A stretch of 32,000 nt of DNA from a cyanobacterium endosymbiont of Epithemia turgida isolate EtSB Lake Yunoko (GCF_000829235.1 NZ_AP012549.1:1050001-1082000), one strand, 5' to 3'. Shown: positions 11,384 through 23,114, counted from the first letter of the stretch. Numbers and translations are program-made. The notes: a model not told the origin generated them from the letters alone.

Positions 11384-12703
11384 TTACAAACTAATCTCAT
11401 CAATCATTTTAGGAACTCCAGCAGTTAAAACTTCATGACCTGTTTTTGTTACTAATACATCATCCTCTATTCTAATGCCAATACCGTGCCATCGTTCAGG
11501 AATTTCTGGTTGTCCTTCAGTAGGTTTTATATTAGGACTAATATAAATTCCAGGTTCAACCGTCAGCAGATGACCAGATTCTAACAGTTGCCAAGTTCCT
11601 CCTCCCTGTTTATAAATCCCCACATCATGAACATCTAACCCTAGCCAGTGGCCAGTTTGATGCATATAAAAAGGTTTATATTTTTCTTCTTTAATAATTT
11701 CTTCTAAATCTCCTTTCAGTAACCCTAAATCAATCAATCCTTGGACTAAAATACAGACTGCCTTGTCATGAAACTCGTTATAAGGTTTCCCAGGTATAAC
11801 CGATTCTATGGACTTCAATTGTGCTTCTAAAACCAACTCATAAATGGCCTTTTGTTCCCCTGTAAATTTGCCGCTAACGGGAAAAGTCCTGGTAATATCT
11901 CCATTGTAATAGCCATAGGAACAACCCGCATCAATCAAGAGCAACTCATTTTCTTGAATTTGACGACAATTTTCAATATAGTGGAGGACGCAGGTATTGG
12001 CTCCTGATGCTACAACAGAAGGATAAGCTGGGCCCATAGATCCATGTATACGGAAGGTATGTTCTATTTCTGCCTGGATTTCGTACTCATAATGTCCTAC
12101 TTGAACAAATTTTCTAGCTCGGTTATGAGCAATGACTGAGATGCCTATCGCTGTGCGTAACATCTCTAACTCAGTAAGACTTTTTACCTGACGCATGGGG
12201 TGAAGAATAGGGTTGGGATCTTCAATGGCAATGGGCCCAGTTCCCCGCTTTGAATACGCTGCCATTAACCGTTGCCAATGGGACAAAATCATATCATTAA
12301 AATTCTTATCCGGTCCGAGATGATAATAGATACGGTCAGCTTTTTTAATGTATTGGGGTAGCTTGCTATCTAATTCATTAATGGAATATGCCTCATCTGC
12401 ACCATAGAACTCTTTAGCTTTTTCTACACCACAACGATAACCTGTCCAAGTTTCTTGTTCAGGATCTTTCGGTTGAACAAAAAGCACAAAATGGTGTTCT
12501 TCGTGCTGGGGAACTAATACTGCTACGGCTTCAGGTTCATTAAATCCCGTAAGGTAAAAAAAATCACTATCTTGACGAAAAATATGTTCCACATCATTGT
12601 GCATAACTACGGTACTGGAACTGCGAAAAATCGCAGTTCCAGTACCGATTTTTTTCATAAAGCGTTCTCGACGCTGACCATACTCTGTTAGTTGAATTTC
12701 CAT
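11384..12703 (-). CDS. pepP: Xaa-Pro aminopeptidase (M24B, aminopeptidase P family)
   Basis: 439 aa. N-terminal FRQDSDFFYLTGFNEPEAV and the pita-bread metal-ligand blocks LLIDAGCSYGYYNGDITRTFPVSG, HQTGHWLGLDVHD, LTVEPGIY, GIRIEDDVLVT. Confidence 0.92.
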   Translation of the reverse strand: MEIQLTEYGQRRERFMKKIGTGTAIFRSSSTVVMHNDVEHIFRQDSDFFYLTGFNEPEAVAVLVPQHEEHHFVLFVQPKDPEQETWTGYRCGVEKAKEFYGADEAYSINELDSKLPQYIKKADRIYYHLGPDKNFNDMILSHWQRLMAAYSKRGTGPIAIEDPNPILHPMRQVKSLTELEMLRTAIGISVIAHNRARKFVQVGHYEYEIQAEIEHTFRIHGSMGPAYPSVVASGANTCVLHYIENCRQIQENELLLIDAGCSYGYYNGDITRTFPVSGKFTGEQKAIYELVLEAQLKSIESVIPGKPYNEFHDKAVCILVQGLIDLGLLKGDLEEIIKEEKYKPFYMHQTGHWLGLDVHDVGIYKQGGGTWQLLESGHLLTVEPGIYISPNIKPTEGQPEIPERWHGIGIRIEDDVLVTKTGHEVLTAGVPKMIDEISL

Positions 12704-14201
12704 AATTGATCTAAATAATATGTAATTGATCTTAATATAAAGTTAACTCACAAAATTACTAAATAGTCACTAAAATCAATTTGTTCCGCAACCAACATTG
12801 ATAAGTCTACAATCTCTATCACAAATTCTTAATTTTCCCCAATAATGTTGCTCATTTTAATCTGAACTGTGGGCAATTGGGACAATTTAATTATGTTTAT
12901 CATGTAAAACTAGGACAGGAAGACTGTTGACTTGAATATTGACTGGTATAGGTGACAGATTAGTAATCTAGAGAAAGCAAGCACTGTTCCTCGTAGGGTA
13001 AGCTGACGACTCTTCCGTCTCATGCCATTATTTGACTTCCATTTTCTCTATATATTTCTAATGGACGGTTAAAAAACTAAAACTTAGAGGCAAGTGACAT
13101 TAACTTTTGTACTTAAGAATATTTTTACCTTAACTATGCTGTAGTTAACCCTTCTAAACTAAAACCAATGAAGGTAATAGAAGTTAGAGAGTTGAAAAAT
13201 TCGACGGCAACTTGTTGCAACTGTCCTGTTAGGGTTAAACCAGGACAATCCCGTTGATTGAGATTAGGAATAGTAAAAGAAGTTTGACGTTTCTTAAAGT
13301 GATTGCTAAGATATCAAAATTTAACAAAATTGAGGTTCGACGTAAACCTATGTAGATAGATATATTATATTTCAATTAATTAATTCTCCTGACAGCTTGG
13401 GATAAACTGTGCGTTAGTTACAAGATATAGTCTTTGGTAGATTACAGTTCAGATGAGGACTTATTCTTTTTTACCAAGAACAGAGATTGTACCTAAGCGA
13501 GCTAACAAGGCATAAGACTTTTTGGTCGTCATTAAGTATAGGAGAAGCATATTATGTTCAAATAATCCTTACTTGTTGATTCTGACAATAGAATAAGTCT
13601 AGACCAAGAGTATAATAATGTTTAATTTTCTCAGTGAGAAGTGGTTGCTAACTTTAAACAATCTAAGGTTTTAGTTTCATAGGAATTGTTGCCCAATGTT
13701 TTAACTCTCTTTTTTAGCTTTCTTTTTCTTTCCCTGAAGATTGACTCGGTGACAAATTGTACAAAGCATCAAGCTGTTATCTCACATCTTCAACCCTCAC
13801 CGAACGCATTACTAATTAATAATGAATAGTTCATCGGTAGGATTTTCTATCTTATCTAGTAACTCAAGATAAACAGTTTTTTGAGCATTTTTCCGATTTA
13901 TTTTTCGATTTATTGAAGTATTTCTCTTCGGTGTATAACGATCTGGGCAATCAATACTAACCTTAATTAAACTTCAAATTAAATTACTGACAACAAAAAA
14001 TGCAACCACGGTAAACGCCAGAATGTAGAGTAGATGTAACATTGAAATCTTATAACAAGCAATAGTCACGTAAGGTTTATATAGTGGTCGAGGTAATCAA
14101 AATTAATTAAGATTTACTTGACTAGCTTACTAATAATCGTGAGTAATAATTATCACTTTGTAGATTAGATTTCTGGATCTTGGAATAACACCAGGGGGAA
14201 C

Positions 14202-14525
14202 TTAATTCTTATTTGCTTTGTATAATCGCCACTGCATGGAGACTTGCCAACATTCTGCCACTAATTTGTGCCAAAGGACTAAGATAGCCGTATCAATTCC
14301 CGCTTTTTGATCGGTCGCTTTAAATAATATTTGAGCCGTAATCACTTCTTGCTTGCTCTTATCAACCCTGGCGAGCAGATCGTCTTGTTCTTCAGGGGAA
14401 AGTAAAGTAATTCTTTCAGATTCTAATAAAGTTTGTGTGCGGAAAAACCAGTATTGAAAGTCTTCTAATAAAAGCTTAAGGATTCTTGTCAGTAACTCTG
14501 ATTCATTAGGTGGGGAGTTTATCAT
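14202..14525 (-). CDS. Small conserved-looking hypothetical protein (107 aa); family not assigned
   Basis: Clean ORF with ordinary composition (ELLTRILKLLLEDFQYWFFRTQTLLESERITLLSPEEQDDLLARV), standing alone between AT-rich tracts. I believe it belongs to a cyanobacteria-restricted DUF but cannot verify this. Confidence 0.55.
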   Translation of the reverse strand: MINSPPNESELLTRILKLLLEDFQYWFFRTQTLLESERITLLSPEEQDDLLARVDKSKQEVITAQILFKATDQKAGIDTAILVLWHKLVAECWQVSMQWRLYKANKN

Positions 14526-14743
14526 TTTTTCGAAAATTTTATATGTAATCTATCTTAGCGGGTTTCATAATTATTAACATTCAGATACAAATAATTAATA
14601 AGTTTCTTCAAGTTTTCAAGACTCAGGGAAGTTTATCATTGGTAACGCACCGATATAAACAAATGAAAACCAACATGCAAATAGTCCATAACAGTATTTT
14701 TATCCCTTGTTCGTTCTATGCTGAAAGCAAGACTAGGGAAAAT

Positions 14744-15958
14744 TTAGGATTTAGCGAAATGATACAGTAACCAGTATCCCATTCCTAAGCCAAGAAAATT
14801 AGGCAACCATGCAGCCATAAAGGGAGAAATAATACCCATTAATCCTAAACTACCGATAATAAATCCCAAAATATAATAAATAAAAATAATCACCACACTA
14901 AAGCCAAAGCTGGTAGCTCTCCCCATCTGCTGAGGCCTTACCCCTAAAACTGAGCCCACTAAACCAAAAACAATACAAATAAAAGGAAAAGCAAGTTTTT
15001 GTTGGATTCGCACTTGAAAGGTTCGCAAGTTTTTTTCATCCCCAATCATTCTCAATAGTTTCATGTATTGTTGAGCTTGAATGATATTCATTTCATAGGG
15101 ATCTCGACCTTGAAGAGCGAATTCAAAGGGAGCTTTAGTTAAAGCTAACTGACAATGTTTAAAAGAAGACATATCTCTGTAGGAAGCATCAGGAGCTAGT
15201 TTATAAATTGTTCCATTGAAAAAATCCCAAGTATTTTCTTTAGAATTCCAAGTAGCTGAATCGGACACAACTATTTTGTTGAGATTAGTTCCTGTCCATT
15301 CTAAAATTGTCAAGGTCTTCATATACTGACCGTCAAATTTCTCAGCATAAAATAAATATTTTAATCGTTTAACTGTTTCTGCATTTGGCAAATATACTAC
15401 TTCATAGTTAGGATAAAAAATATCCTTCTTTTGCCAAAAAGGATGTTCTTCTTTTAGATATTCAACTAAGATAGATGTAGCTTGGTAATTAGCACCAGGG
15501 ACAACTAATTCACTAAACACAAAGGTAATACCTGTGATTAATAAACTAAAAACCAAAGCAGGAGCAATTATACGATACAGACTCACGCCACAAGCGCGTA
15601 ATGCGATTAATTCACTATCGTTACTAAGACGTCCATAGGTTAGTAACGTAGTTAACATAACTGAGATCGGTAGGGCATAGGCGGTGAATTCAGGTACTTT
15701 TAAAAGTAAAACCTCCAGGGCTTGCATTAGGGGAAGATCTGACTCCACCACTTTATTTACTAAATCTGATAAATAACCAATCGCCACCCCTAACGACGAA
15801 ACCAGTCCCACGCTAAAGATAAACGGAGGAATAAGTTCGCCTCCAATGTAGCGATCCATCAAAGATAGAGAGAACCGGCGTTGTTGCGATCTCCATAAGT
15901 CGGACAGAGATTGAAGAAATTTCGTCAACATCAGAGATTTAGTAGAAGCACCCTTCAT
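14744..15958 (-). CDS. LptF/LptG-family (YjgP/YjgQ) lipopolysaccharide export permease
   Basis: 404 aa. SLMDRYIGGELIPPFIFSVGLVSSLGV at the N-terminus, three N-terminal TM segments, a large periplasmic domain, and C-terminal TM segments (FPFICIVFGLVGSVLG). The true start may be an internal Met. Confidence 0.85.
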   Translation of the reverse strand: MKGASTKSLMLTKFLQSLSDLWRSQQRRFSLSLMDRYIGGELIPPFIFSVGLVSSLGVAIGYLSDLVNKVVESDLPLMQALEVLLLKVPEFTAYALPISVMLTTLLTYGRLSNDSELIALRACGVSLYRIIAPALVFSLLITGITFVFSELVVPGANYQATSILVEYLKEEHPFWQKKDIFYPNYEVVYLPNAETVKRLKYLFYAEKFDGQYMKTLTILEWTGTNLNKIVVSDSATWNSKENTWDFFNGTIYKLAPDASYRDMSSFKHCQLALTKAPFEFALQGRDPYEMNIIQAQQYMKLLRMIGDEKNLRTFQVRIQQKLAFPFICIVFGLVGSVLGVRPQQMGRATSFGFSVVIIFIYYILGFIIGSLGLMGIISPFMAAWLPNFLGLGMGYWLLYHFAKS

Positions 15959-16094
15959 TAAACATCGACGGACAATTGATTGGTTAGTTGCTGTAGTAAC
16001 TCAATAGAGCCAAGTTTTCCATAAATGTCAATCTTCCCGGTGATCAATTTGATCATGCGTTACAATCCTTAAGGTAAAGTGACTCTCACTAGAT

Positions 16095-16889
16095 TTGAGT
16101 AGGATGACCATGAAAACGGCTTTGATTACTGGTGCATCTTCTGGCATTGGAACAGCCTTTGCTCAAGAATTAGCGATGCGCCAGATAAATTTAATTTTAG
16201 TTGCCCGTTCCCAGAATAAACTATACCAACTTGCCGAAAAGTTACAACATCAAGTTCCTATAAAAGTAGATGTAATTGTACAAGATTTAACTGAACAACA
16301 AGCTGCCAAGAAAGTCTATGATACTATAACAGAGAAAGGATTAAACGTTGATTTTTTGGTTAATAATGCAGGAGTTGGAGATTATGGAGCGTTTACCCAA
16401 CGGGAATTATCCCGCCAAGCGGAAATGATCCAACTCAACATAGTTGCTTTGGTGGAGTTAACCTATTTATTTTTATCGGAGATGCAACAACGAGGAACGG
16501 GGAATATTATTAACGTTGCGTCTATTGCCGGATTTCAGCCCTTGCCTTATTTATCGGTTTATGCGGCAACAAAGGCCTTTGTTCTCAGTTTTTCTGAAGC
16601 GTTGTGGGCAGAAAACAAAGGAAGAAATATTAATATCCTCGCGTTATGTCCTGGTCCGACAGATTCCAATTTTTTTGAAGCAGCGGATTTTCCAGACAGT
16701 TTTACTAATAAAAATAACGGTAGTTTAACCTCGGCTAAAGAAGTTGTCAAAGATGCTCTTAAAGCCCTTGAAAACAGAAAATCTAATACTGTCCCTGGTG
16801 GTCTCAGTAATCAATTTATTGTGAATTCTAGCCGTTTTCTTCCCAGGGAATTGTTAATTAATGTCATAGAAAAAAAATTTAGAGGTTAG
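16095..16889 (+). CDS. Short-chain dehydrogenase/reductase (SDR) family oxidoreductase
   Basis: KTALITGASSGIGTAFAQELA (TGxxxGxG), NNAG, and the catalytic S...YAATKAF motif. The start is more likely the ATG at 16104 or 16110 than the TTG at 16095. Confidence 0.9.
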   Translation: MSRMTMKTALITGASSGIGTAFAQELAMRQINLILVARSQNKLYQLAEKLQHQVPIKVDVIVQDLTEQQAAKKVYDTITEKGLNVDFLVNNAGVGDYGAFTQRELSRQAEMIQLNIVALVELTYLFLSEMQQRGTGNIINVASIAGFQPLPYLSVYAATKAFVLSFSEALWAENKGRNINILALCPGPTDSNFFEAADFPDSFTNKNNGSLTSAKEVVKDALKALENRKSNTVPGGLSNQFIVNSSRFLPRELLINVIEKKFRG

Positions 16890-17192
16890 ATAATAATTTT
16901 AATTTAGTAAAAATATACATTTTATAGTTAGCTTTTGATTAATTAAAGAATAAGGTTTAATTTATGAAAAATAGCCATTTCTCTTCATAAAAAATTGAAA
17001 ACAGGATTTACTATTTTATAGTTTTTATTACAAAATAAGGAATTGCAGAAGAAAAATATTGCAGAAATCAACCTAAGATTAACGTATTTTTTAACTCAAC
17101 AAGTCTAGATCGCTGTTCCTCGTTAAGTTTAAAAAAATTATAATCTAAACTTCCTAATAGTTAAGTATGATAGTAAGTTCAGAAAAGATTAA

Positions 17193-18212
<1,020 letters not shown>

Positions 18213-18231
18213 AATCCTAATTAATGAAATG

Positions 18232-18258
18232 AAAGGCTACTAGTTTCCCGTAGCCTTT
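18232..18258 (+). terminator. Candidate intrinsic terminator of ilvC
   Basis: AAAGGCTAC (18232-18240) / GTAGCCTTT (18250-18258) with a 9-nt loop, 20 nt after the stop, followed by a pyrimidine-rich TCTCTTCC. Confidence 0.5.
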
Positions 18259-20533
18259 TCTCTTCCTGTGTCTATTTATTCCACTCAAGCTATCATTTGG
18301 ATTGCTAGTCTTAGGGTAAGGAGTAAATCCCAATAGTATTTGATTGATTTTAATTTGAAGATTTTTACTGATAGTAAGATAATTCTAAAACAGAAAAGTA
18401 GGTTTTTAAAAGTAATCTCTAGATGTAAGTTTACCTAAAAGTTCAGCGAAGAAAATTAGAAAAGCAAAACCCATTAGACTTAGCCTGTGCTCTGAAGATT
18501 TTTAGCATAACGAGAGTAAGGATATTATATTTGAATACAAGAGCATGAAAAGTTAAAGAAATTACATATTGGGTTGGATTTTTTAAAAAATACTTTCTAG
18601 ATAGATTCTACGAGAAGTTAAAAAAATAACCTGTATAGGGTAAAATATTAAGATCTCTTGAAGAGCTCTTGGAAAAGAATAAAAGAACTTATTATAGTCA
18701 ATAATTATTCAAGATTGTTTAATAAGAGAATAAATTTAAATTTACTTCGGGAATAACGGGTACAATTTAAGAGTAAAAGTCTGAAACTAGAAACAAGCAA
18801 AAGTGAGGATTAGAATTAATATATGTCATCAAAAAAAGTTTAAAATACTACAAATAAATACAACAGTTTAGTTAAAAACTAACTGAAATAATAGTAAGTA
18901 AAAATGAGTCTTTCCATGTTTTATACTAAACTGTTGTATAGTTCTGAACTAAATATAAGAAAAGGTAATAGCATCATAATAAAAAATATTAAATTGCCAA
19001 AATTATGTCTTAGCTAAGACATTTAAACAAAGTATTGCTTAAAACAGTTACTCTAAAAAATGACGATTAAAATAATATAAAATTAACCATATTTACTTAA
19101 ATATAGAAATGAAGTGTATTTTTAATGTTTATTTAGAGTAACTTACTTAACCCAGCTTTTATAAAACGCATTTGTCGTCTCTATGCTAGTAACTGAATAT
19201 ATTTACGATTTTAGTTATACTAGTTTTAAAGTTTTACAAACATAAAAAGGTGAGTTAAGCTTTCTTCTGAAAGATCATTATGTGTCCAGCTTCGTAACTA
19301 AAATTGTTTTTTGTTAGGCGAGTTTATAAATAAAATTATGCCCTTTGTACTTAACTTATGAGAATATTATTACAATTGCTTTGTTCCTTAATTTTTACGC
19401 GTGTAATTTTAAATCATAATTCTAATAAATTTAGAAGTTTATCTAATGTCTTGATATACAAATAAAATGTCAATTACTTTTTCAAGTCAAAACTATAATC
19501 TTGACATTTTTTCGTAAAAATATAAAAATAATTTTATTTTTAATAAAAACCTCATCACAAGATATCATCTATATAATTACTAATATTCTAGTAGGGTTTT
19601 CTATTTAAATTAAATACTATACTATAGTGAACATTATTTTTTAAACCAATTAAATCTTGAATTTAGAAGTACTAGCAGTTGCTTATTATTAGATAATAAA
19701 TGGAATAGTAATAGCTTTTTTTAAAAATAGATCTAACAGTAATTTGTATTTCTTGCAGTTTAAGTAGCAAAAAACTTTCTTACAAAAATAAATTAGCAAT
19801 TAGAGATTGACCTTAAAAATAGAAAGTTATCTATCTTAAAATTGCTAGAATTACCTTATTCTTTATCTGCTACTTCTCAGAAAAATTTACAATTATTATA
19901 CTTCTCGAATAATTTATCTATAAATCGCTTTCTTAATTATATATTTTGATAATTCAGTCTAGTCTGCAGTTCCTTAAATTTTTCATCCTTTCGTATTTAA
20001 AAATAATGTTTATGTTATTATTATAACGGGAATTTTAGGGTTGTGAGTCAACCTTGACAGTTCTAGTTTTTCTCATTCTCTTAGCTGAATTTTTAGGCAG
20101 TCCACTATTTGGTGAACACTCTTGTTCTACTACTTTTGTATTTTTCTATTCTAGGTTTATTTAAGCTCATCTACTTACACTTCACAAAATACTTCTATGT
20201 CCCTAACAAAGGTTCTCTAAGCTGACACCCAGTGGTATTTTCCGTAGCCTTTGTGTAGTTAATTCCGGCATGATCAAGAGGACCATAATAATGATTAACG
20301 ATATCAACAAGACAATCAGGACTCGACTTCTATCTTGTTCCCCAAAAATTTTAACTTTCCTCATGCATAAAAAACATTGACCATCATAAAGAAGTTTAAT
20401 CTTCTAATGGACTTAAGAAAATACTGAAAGATTAGCCAAAGTTGAATGATTTTTGAAGCCAAAAACAGATATCGATAATTTATTGATGAAAATTACGGCA
20501 TATATAGTGTTTATTGAACAAACTAAGGCCCAA

Positions 20534-20605
20534 AGCTGGTGACAGGATTTGAACCTGCGACCAGCTGATTACAAATCAGCTGCTCTACCACTGAGCTACA
20601 CCAGC
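20534..20605 (-). tRNA. tRNA-Thr (anticodon UGU), no encoded CCA
   Basis: The reverse complement GCTGGTGTAGCTCAGTGGTAGAGCAGCTGATTTGTAATCAGCTGGTCGCAGGTTCAAATCCTGTCACCAGCT folds as a cloverleaf. Acceptor GCTGGTG/CACCAGC, D arm GCTC/GAGC, anticodon stem GCTGA/TCAGC with loop TTTGTAA, T arm GCAGG/CCTGT with loop TTCAAAT. Confidence 0.95.
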
Positions 20606-20820
20606 ACTAACAATGAGCGGATCAATCCTCTACTGCTTAAGACTGAGCGGACCCCCGCCGGGCTTAACCTTGCTTCTGCCAGCATTGCCGACTTTGTCCT
20701 TACAGTTCTATACCTTTGACAGCAAGTCTATGACATACCAACCCCGGAGCGGGAGCGTAAACTCGGGTATGCCTTACCCTATTTAATTTCTAATTTGCTC
20801 TTACCTATTTGGTCTTACGC
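20606..20820 (-). ncRNA. Candidate structured RNA of unknown class, immediately 5' of tRNA-Thr (GC-rich island)
   Basis: The 60-nt core 20641-20700 is 37/60 G+C in a locus that is otherwise very AT-rich. Complementary segments are 20732-20739/20766-20773, 20652-20662/20743-20755, 20669-20674/20721-20726 and 20635-20643/20812-20820. Two of these contain a position that is a G-U wobble on the minus strand but an A-C mismatch on the plus strand. Confidence 0.3.
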
Positions 20821-21184
20821 TTTTTGCTTTTTTAGCAGTAATGGTTAGAGATTTAAAAATTGCGGAATAAGAAATTTAACCCGGTTTTCTATCGCCTTTG
20901 ATGTCATCGAACTTAAAATAGTTTAGCATATTATGCCCTAAAAGGAGAGATTTTTGAACCAAGATTTTTCAATAACAAATTTAAGATGTTTTTCATGAAA
21001 AGTTTTTTAAAGTTTAGGCTTTACCCCGACAGCACGTAACCTAACAGCTAAACGTTTAGATTTTTACCTTTTGACTTCAGCCTTTTGATGTTTCTGAATA
21101 GCTAATTCTTCCTCACAGAGTTACAAGTCTTCGTTTTCAGTCGACTATCTCAATCAATAGTCTTTACGTTATTTCTAGTTCCTG

Positions 21185-21420
21185 CCCAAAGTTCTAGATA
21201 AAACTATAATTAAGGAATTCCAGAATGTCCTGCACCATTTGATAATGTTCAATTGTGTCTGAAAGAGATTCTTTAGTGATAGTGAGGAGTTACCATTGAA
21301 AATGGGAGGTATAGCTACGATAAATTTCAGTTTTATAAACATAAATATGAGGAATATAAGCCCAGTCGTAGTCCTTTACGACTATTGACTACCATTGACT
21401 ATGACGTAAACATCATCATT
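21185..21420 (-). pseudogene. Unidentified frameshifted CDS remnant
   Basis: Two minus-strand frames are each open for about 50 codons with protein-like composition: VVKDYDWAYIPHIYVYKTEIYRSYTSHFQW*LLTITKESLSDTIEHYQMVQDILEFLNYSFI* and MFIKLKFIVAIPPIFNGNSSLSLKNLFQTQLNIIKWCRTFWNSLIIVLSRTLGRN*. No family recognised. Confidence 0.25.
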
Positions 21421-22025
21421 CGTAGTTATAATAATAGTATTAGTCCACAAGTTGATAGTACATTTTACTGTATAGAATATAATTAGATTTCATCTGATAG
21501 ATAATTAGAAGAGAGTATCATAATTACTCCAAAATTAGAAATAAAAACATTTAATACGACTAACAGAAATGATAAGGTTATTTTTCTGCAACTAGCAGAG
21601 ATATTTAGTAATGAGAATGATCTTTATGACTCTAAAATAGTATTTACAAAGCCAGAAAACTTTATGCAACTAATTTTCTAAAACTGATGATAACATATCT
21701 TATTGACACAGTTCTTAACTCATCTTTATGCATTTAATAATATAATTATTGATCAATCCATTAGAAATTAAACCTATAAAAAATAGCTATTAATCTTATT
21801 ACCAAGATATAAATTTTACGAATACGTATATATTATCTACTTAAAAATCAGATTGTTTAAAATAAGATTTATTAAAGGCATCAGAGCTTTTTTCTGATTA
21901 GGAAGGAAACCTAACCATCACAGACATGCAATATGTTCGAATTAATAAGTAATAGCATCATTTAAATTTTAATCAAACAAATCTGTCGTTAGATTAAATA
22001 TTTCAAAATACAGTACTTTTAAAAT

Positions 22026-22403
22026 TTATTTCCAATTCCAAGCAGTAATAACTAAACTTCCCCATCCAACAATAAATGCCACCCCACCAATCGGAGTAAT
22101 TGCCCCTAACCATTTAATTCCAGTTAAGCTAAGGGCATAAAGACTCCCTGAAAAAATAAATATTCCTACGAGAAATCCATATCCAGCCCATAATAAACTA
22201 AAAGGATAATTTTGTTTGATAGTTAATAGTAACATGACCAACAACAAGGCTAGGGAATGATACATTTGATACTTAATTCCCGTCTCAAAAATATCTAAGG
22301 CGTGATCACTTAGTCGATTTTTTAAACTATGACGAGCAAATGCGCCTCCAACTACTCCTAATCCGGCTAAGGCCGATCCAGCTATCATAAATACTTTAAC
22401 CAT
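22026..22403 (-). CDS. DUF423 (YgdD/TMEM256-like) small membrane protein
   Basis: 125 aa with four TM segments. GSALAGLGVVGGAFARHSLK...IFETGIKYQMYHSLALL...GSLYALSLTG is the typical DUF423 pattern. Confidence 0.85.
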   Translation of the reverse strand: MVKVFMIAGSALAGLGVVGGAFARHSLKNRLSDHALDIFETGIKYQMYHSLALLLVMLLLTIKQNYPFSLLWAGYGFLVGIFIFSGSLYALSLTGIKWLGAITPIGGVAFIVGWGSLVITAWNWK

Positions 22404-22486
22404 TTTCTTACTCTAAGTTCGCTTGTAACTACGGTTCAGCATTAAATCCTAATTTAGTACTTAATTTATTCTTAAGTTACTTTATT

Positions 22487-22660
22487 CTATTGTTGTTTTT
22501 GTAATCTCTGTTTAACAATTGCAGCAGCCGTCTCTAATGATAGCATTTTTAAAATGTAAAAGCCTGGTAAAAGTTTATCTCTTTCTAATAACCCTGTGCC
22601 TAAAGTGAAAACCGGAGAATTAGAAACAAAAATACTAATCATCAAAGCTGGGAAAGAGTA
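22487..22660 (-). pseudogene. Possible C-terminal remnant of a membrane protein (or a short orphan ORF)
   Basis: Hand translation gives IYSFPALMISIFVSNSPVFTLGTGLLERDKLLPGFYILKMLSLETAAAIVKQRLQKQQ*, bounded upstream by TGA. A further hydrophobic fragment LLLIFVLIVIVIGVINNFGIQYFGQT lies on the same strand near 22900-22990. No family recognised. Confidence 0.3.
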
Positions 22661-23114
22661 AATTCACGATATTTATATTAATACTTCTTCATAGTAAGCA
22701 AAATTTAAAAACTTAATATCTCATAAAGATGAGAGTAGTCTAATAACTAATAATTAATTTAATTTAAATTTTAAATAAACTTCTAGCAAAAGCTGAGTAA
22801 TTAGTTCTGGGTTTAATCAAGAAAAATAACACTCAAGTCATAAGTTTAAAAATATCAGAGGTCTATTAAAAACAACACAATACACTAGGGTTTGCCCAAA
22901 ATATTGAATGCCAAAATTATTGATTACTCCGATAACTATAACAATCAATACAAATATCAGCAAAAGTTAAGTGATTTTACTAATGTCAATCTTTATCTTA
23001 ATTGATATTAAAAGTTACCAAGAATTTTCCTGACTCATAAAACCAAAATTGTATCCCCATCTTAGTAACTAAACTTTATTTAGCTTTGAGAAAGATCTAA
23101 CAAAATTTAAAATA

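Noticed and set aside
16516-16728. Same-strand out-of-frame ORFs inside the SDR, ilvC (17638-17826), hemL (27201-27383) and rlpA-like (25624-25836) genes
   Set aside because: They are alternative frames of strongly supported genes. They have no independent signals and implausible products.
20606-20820. Identification of the GC-rich island as RNase P RNA, SRP (4.5S) RNA, tmRNA or a second tRNA
   Set aside because: RNase P: AGGACAAAGUCGG only loosely resembles GAGGAAAGUCCGG, no matching P4 partner strand is in the right place, and the island is far too short. SRP: there is no GGAAGCAGCC or GNRA-helix-8 motif. tmRNA: there is no tag reading frame and no T-arm or CCA end. tRNA: no T-loop or acceptor pairing was found. 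The class is left open rather than forced.
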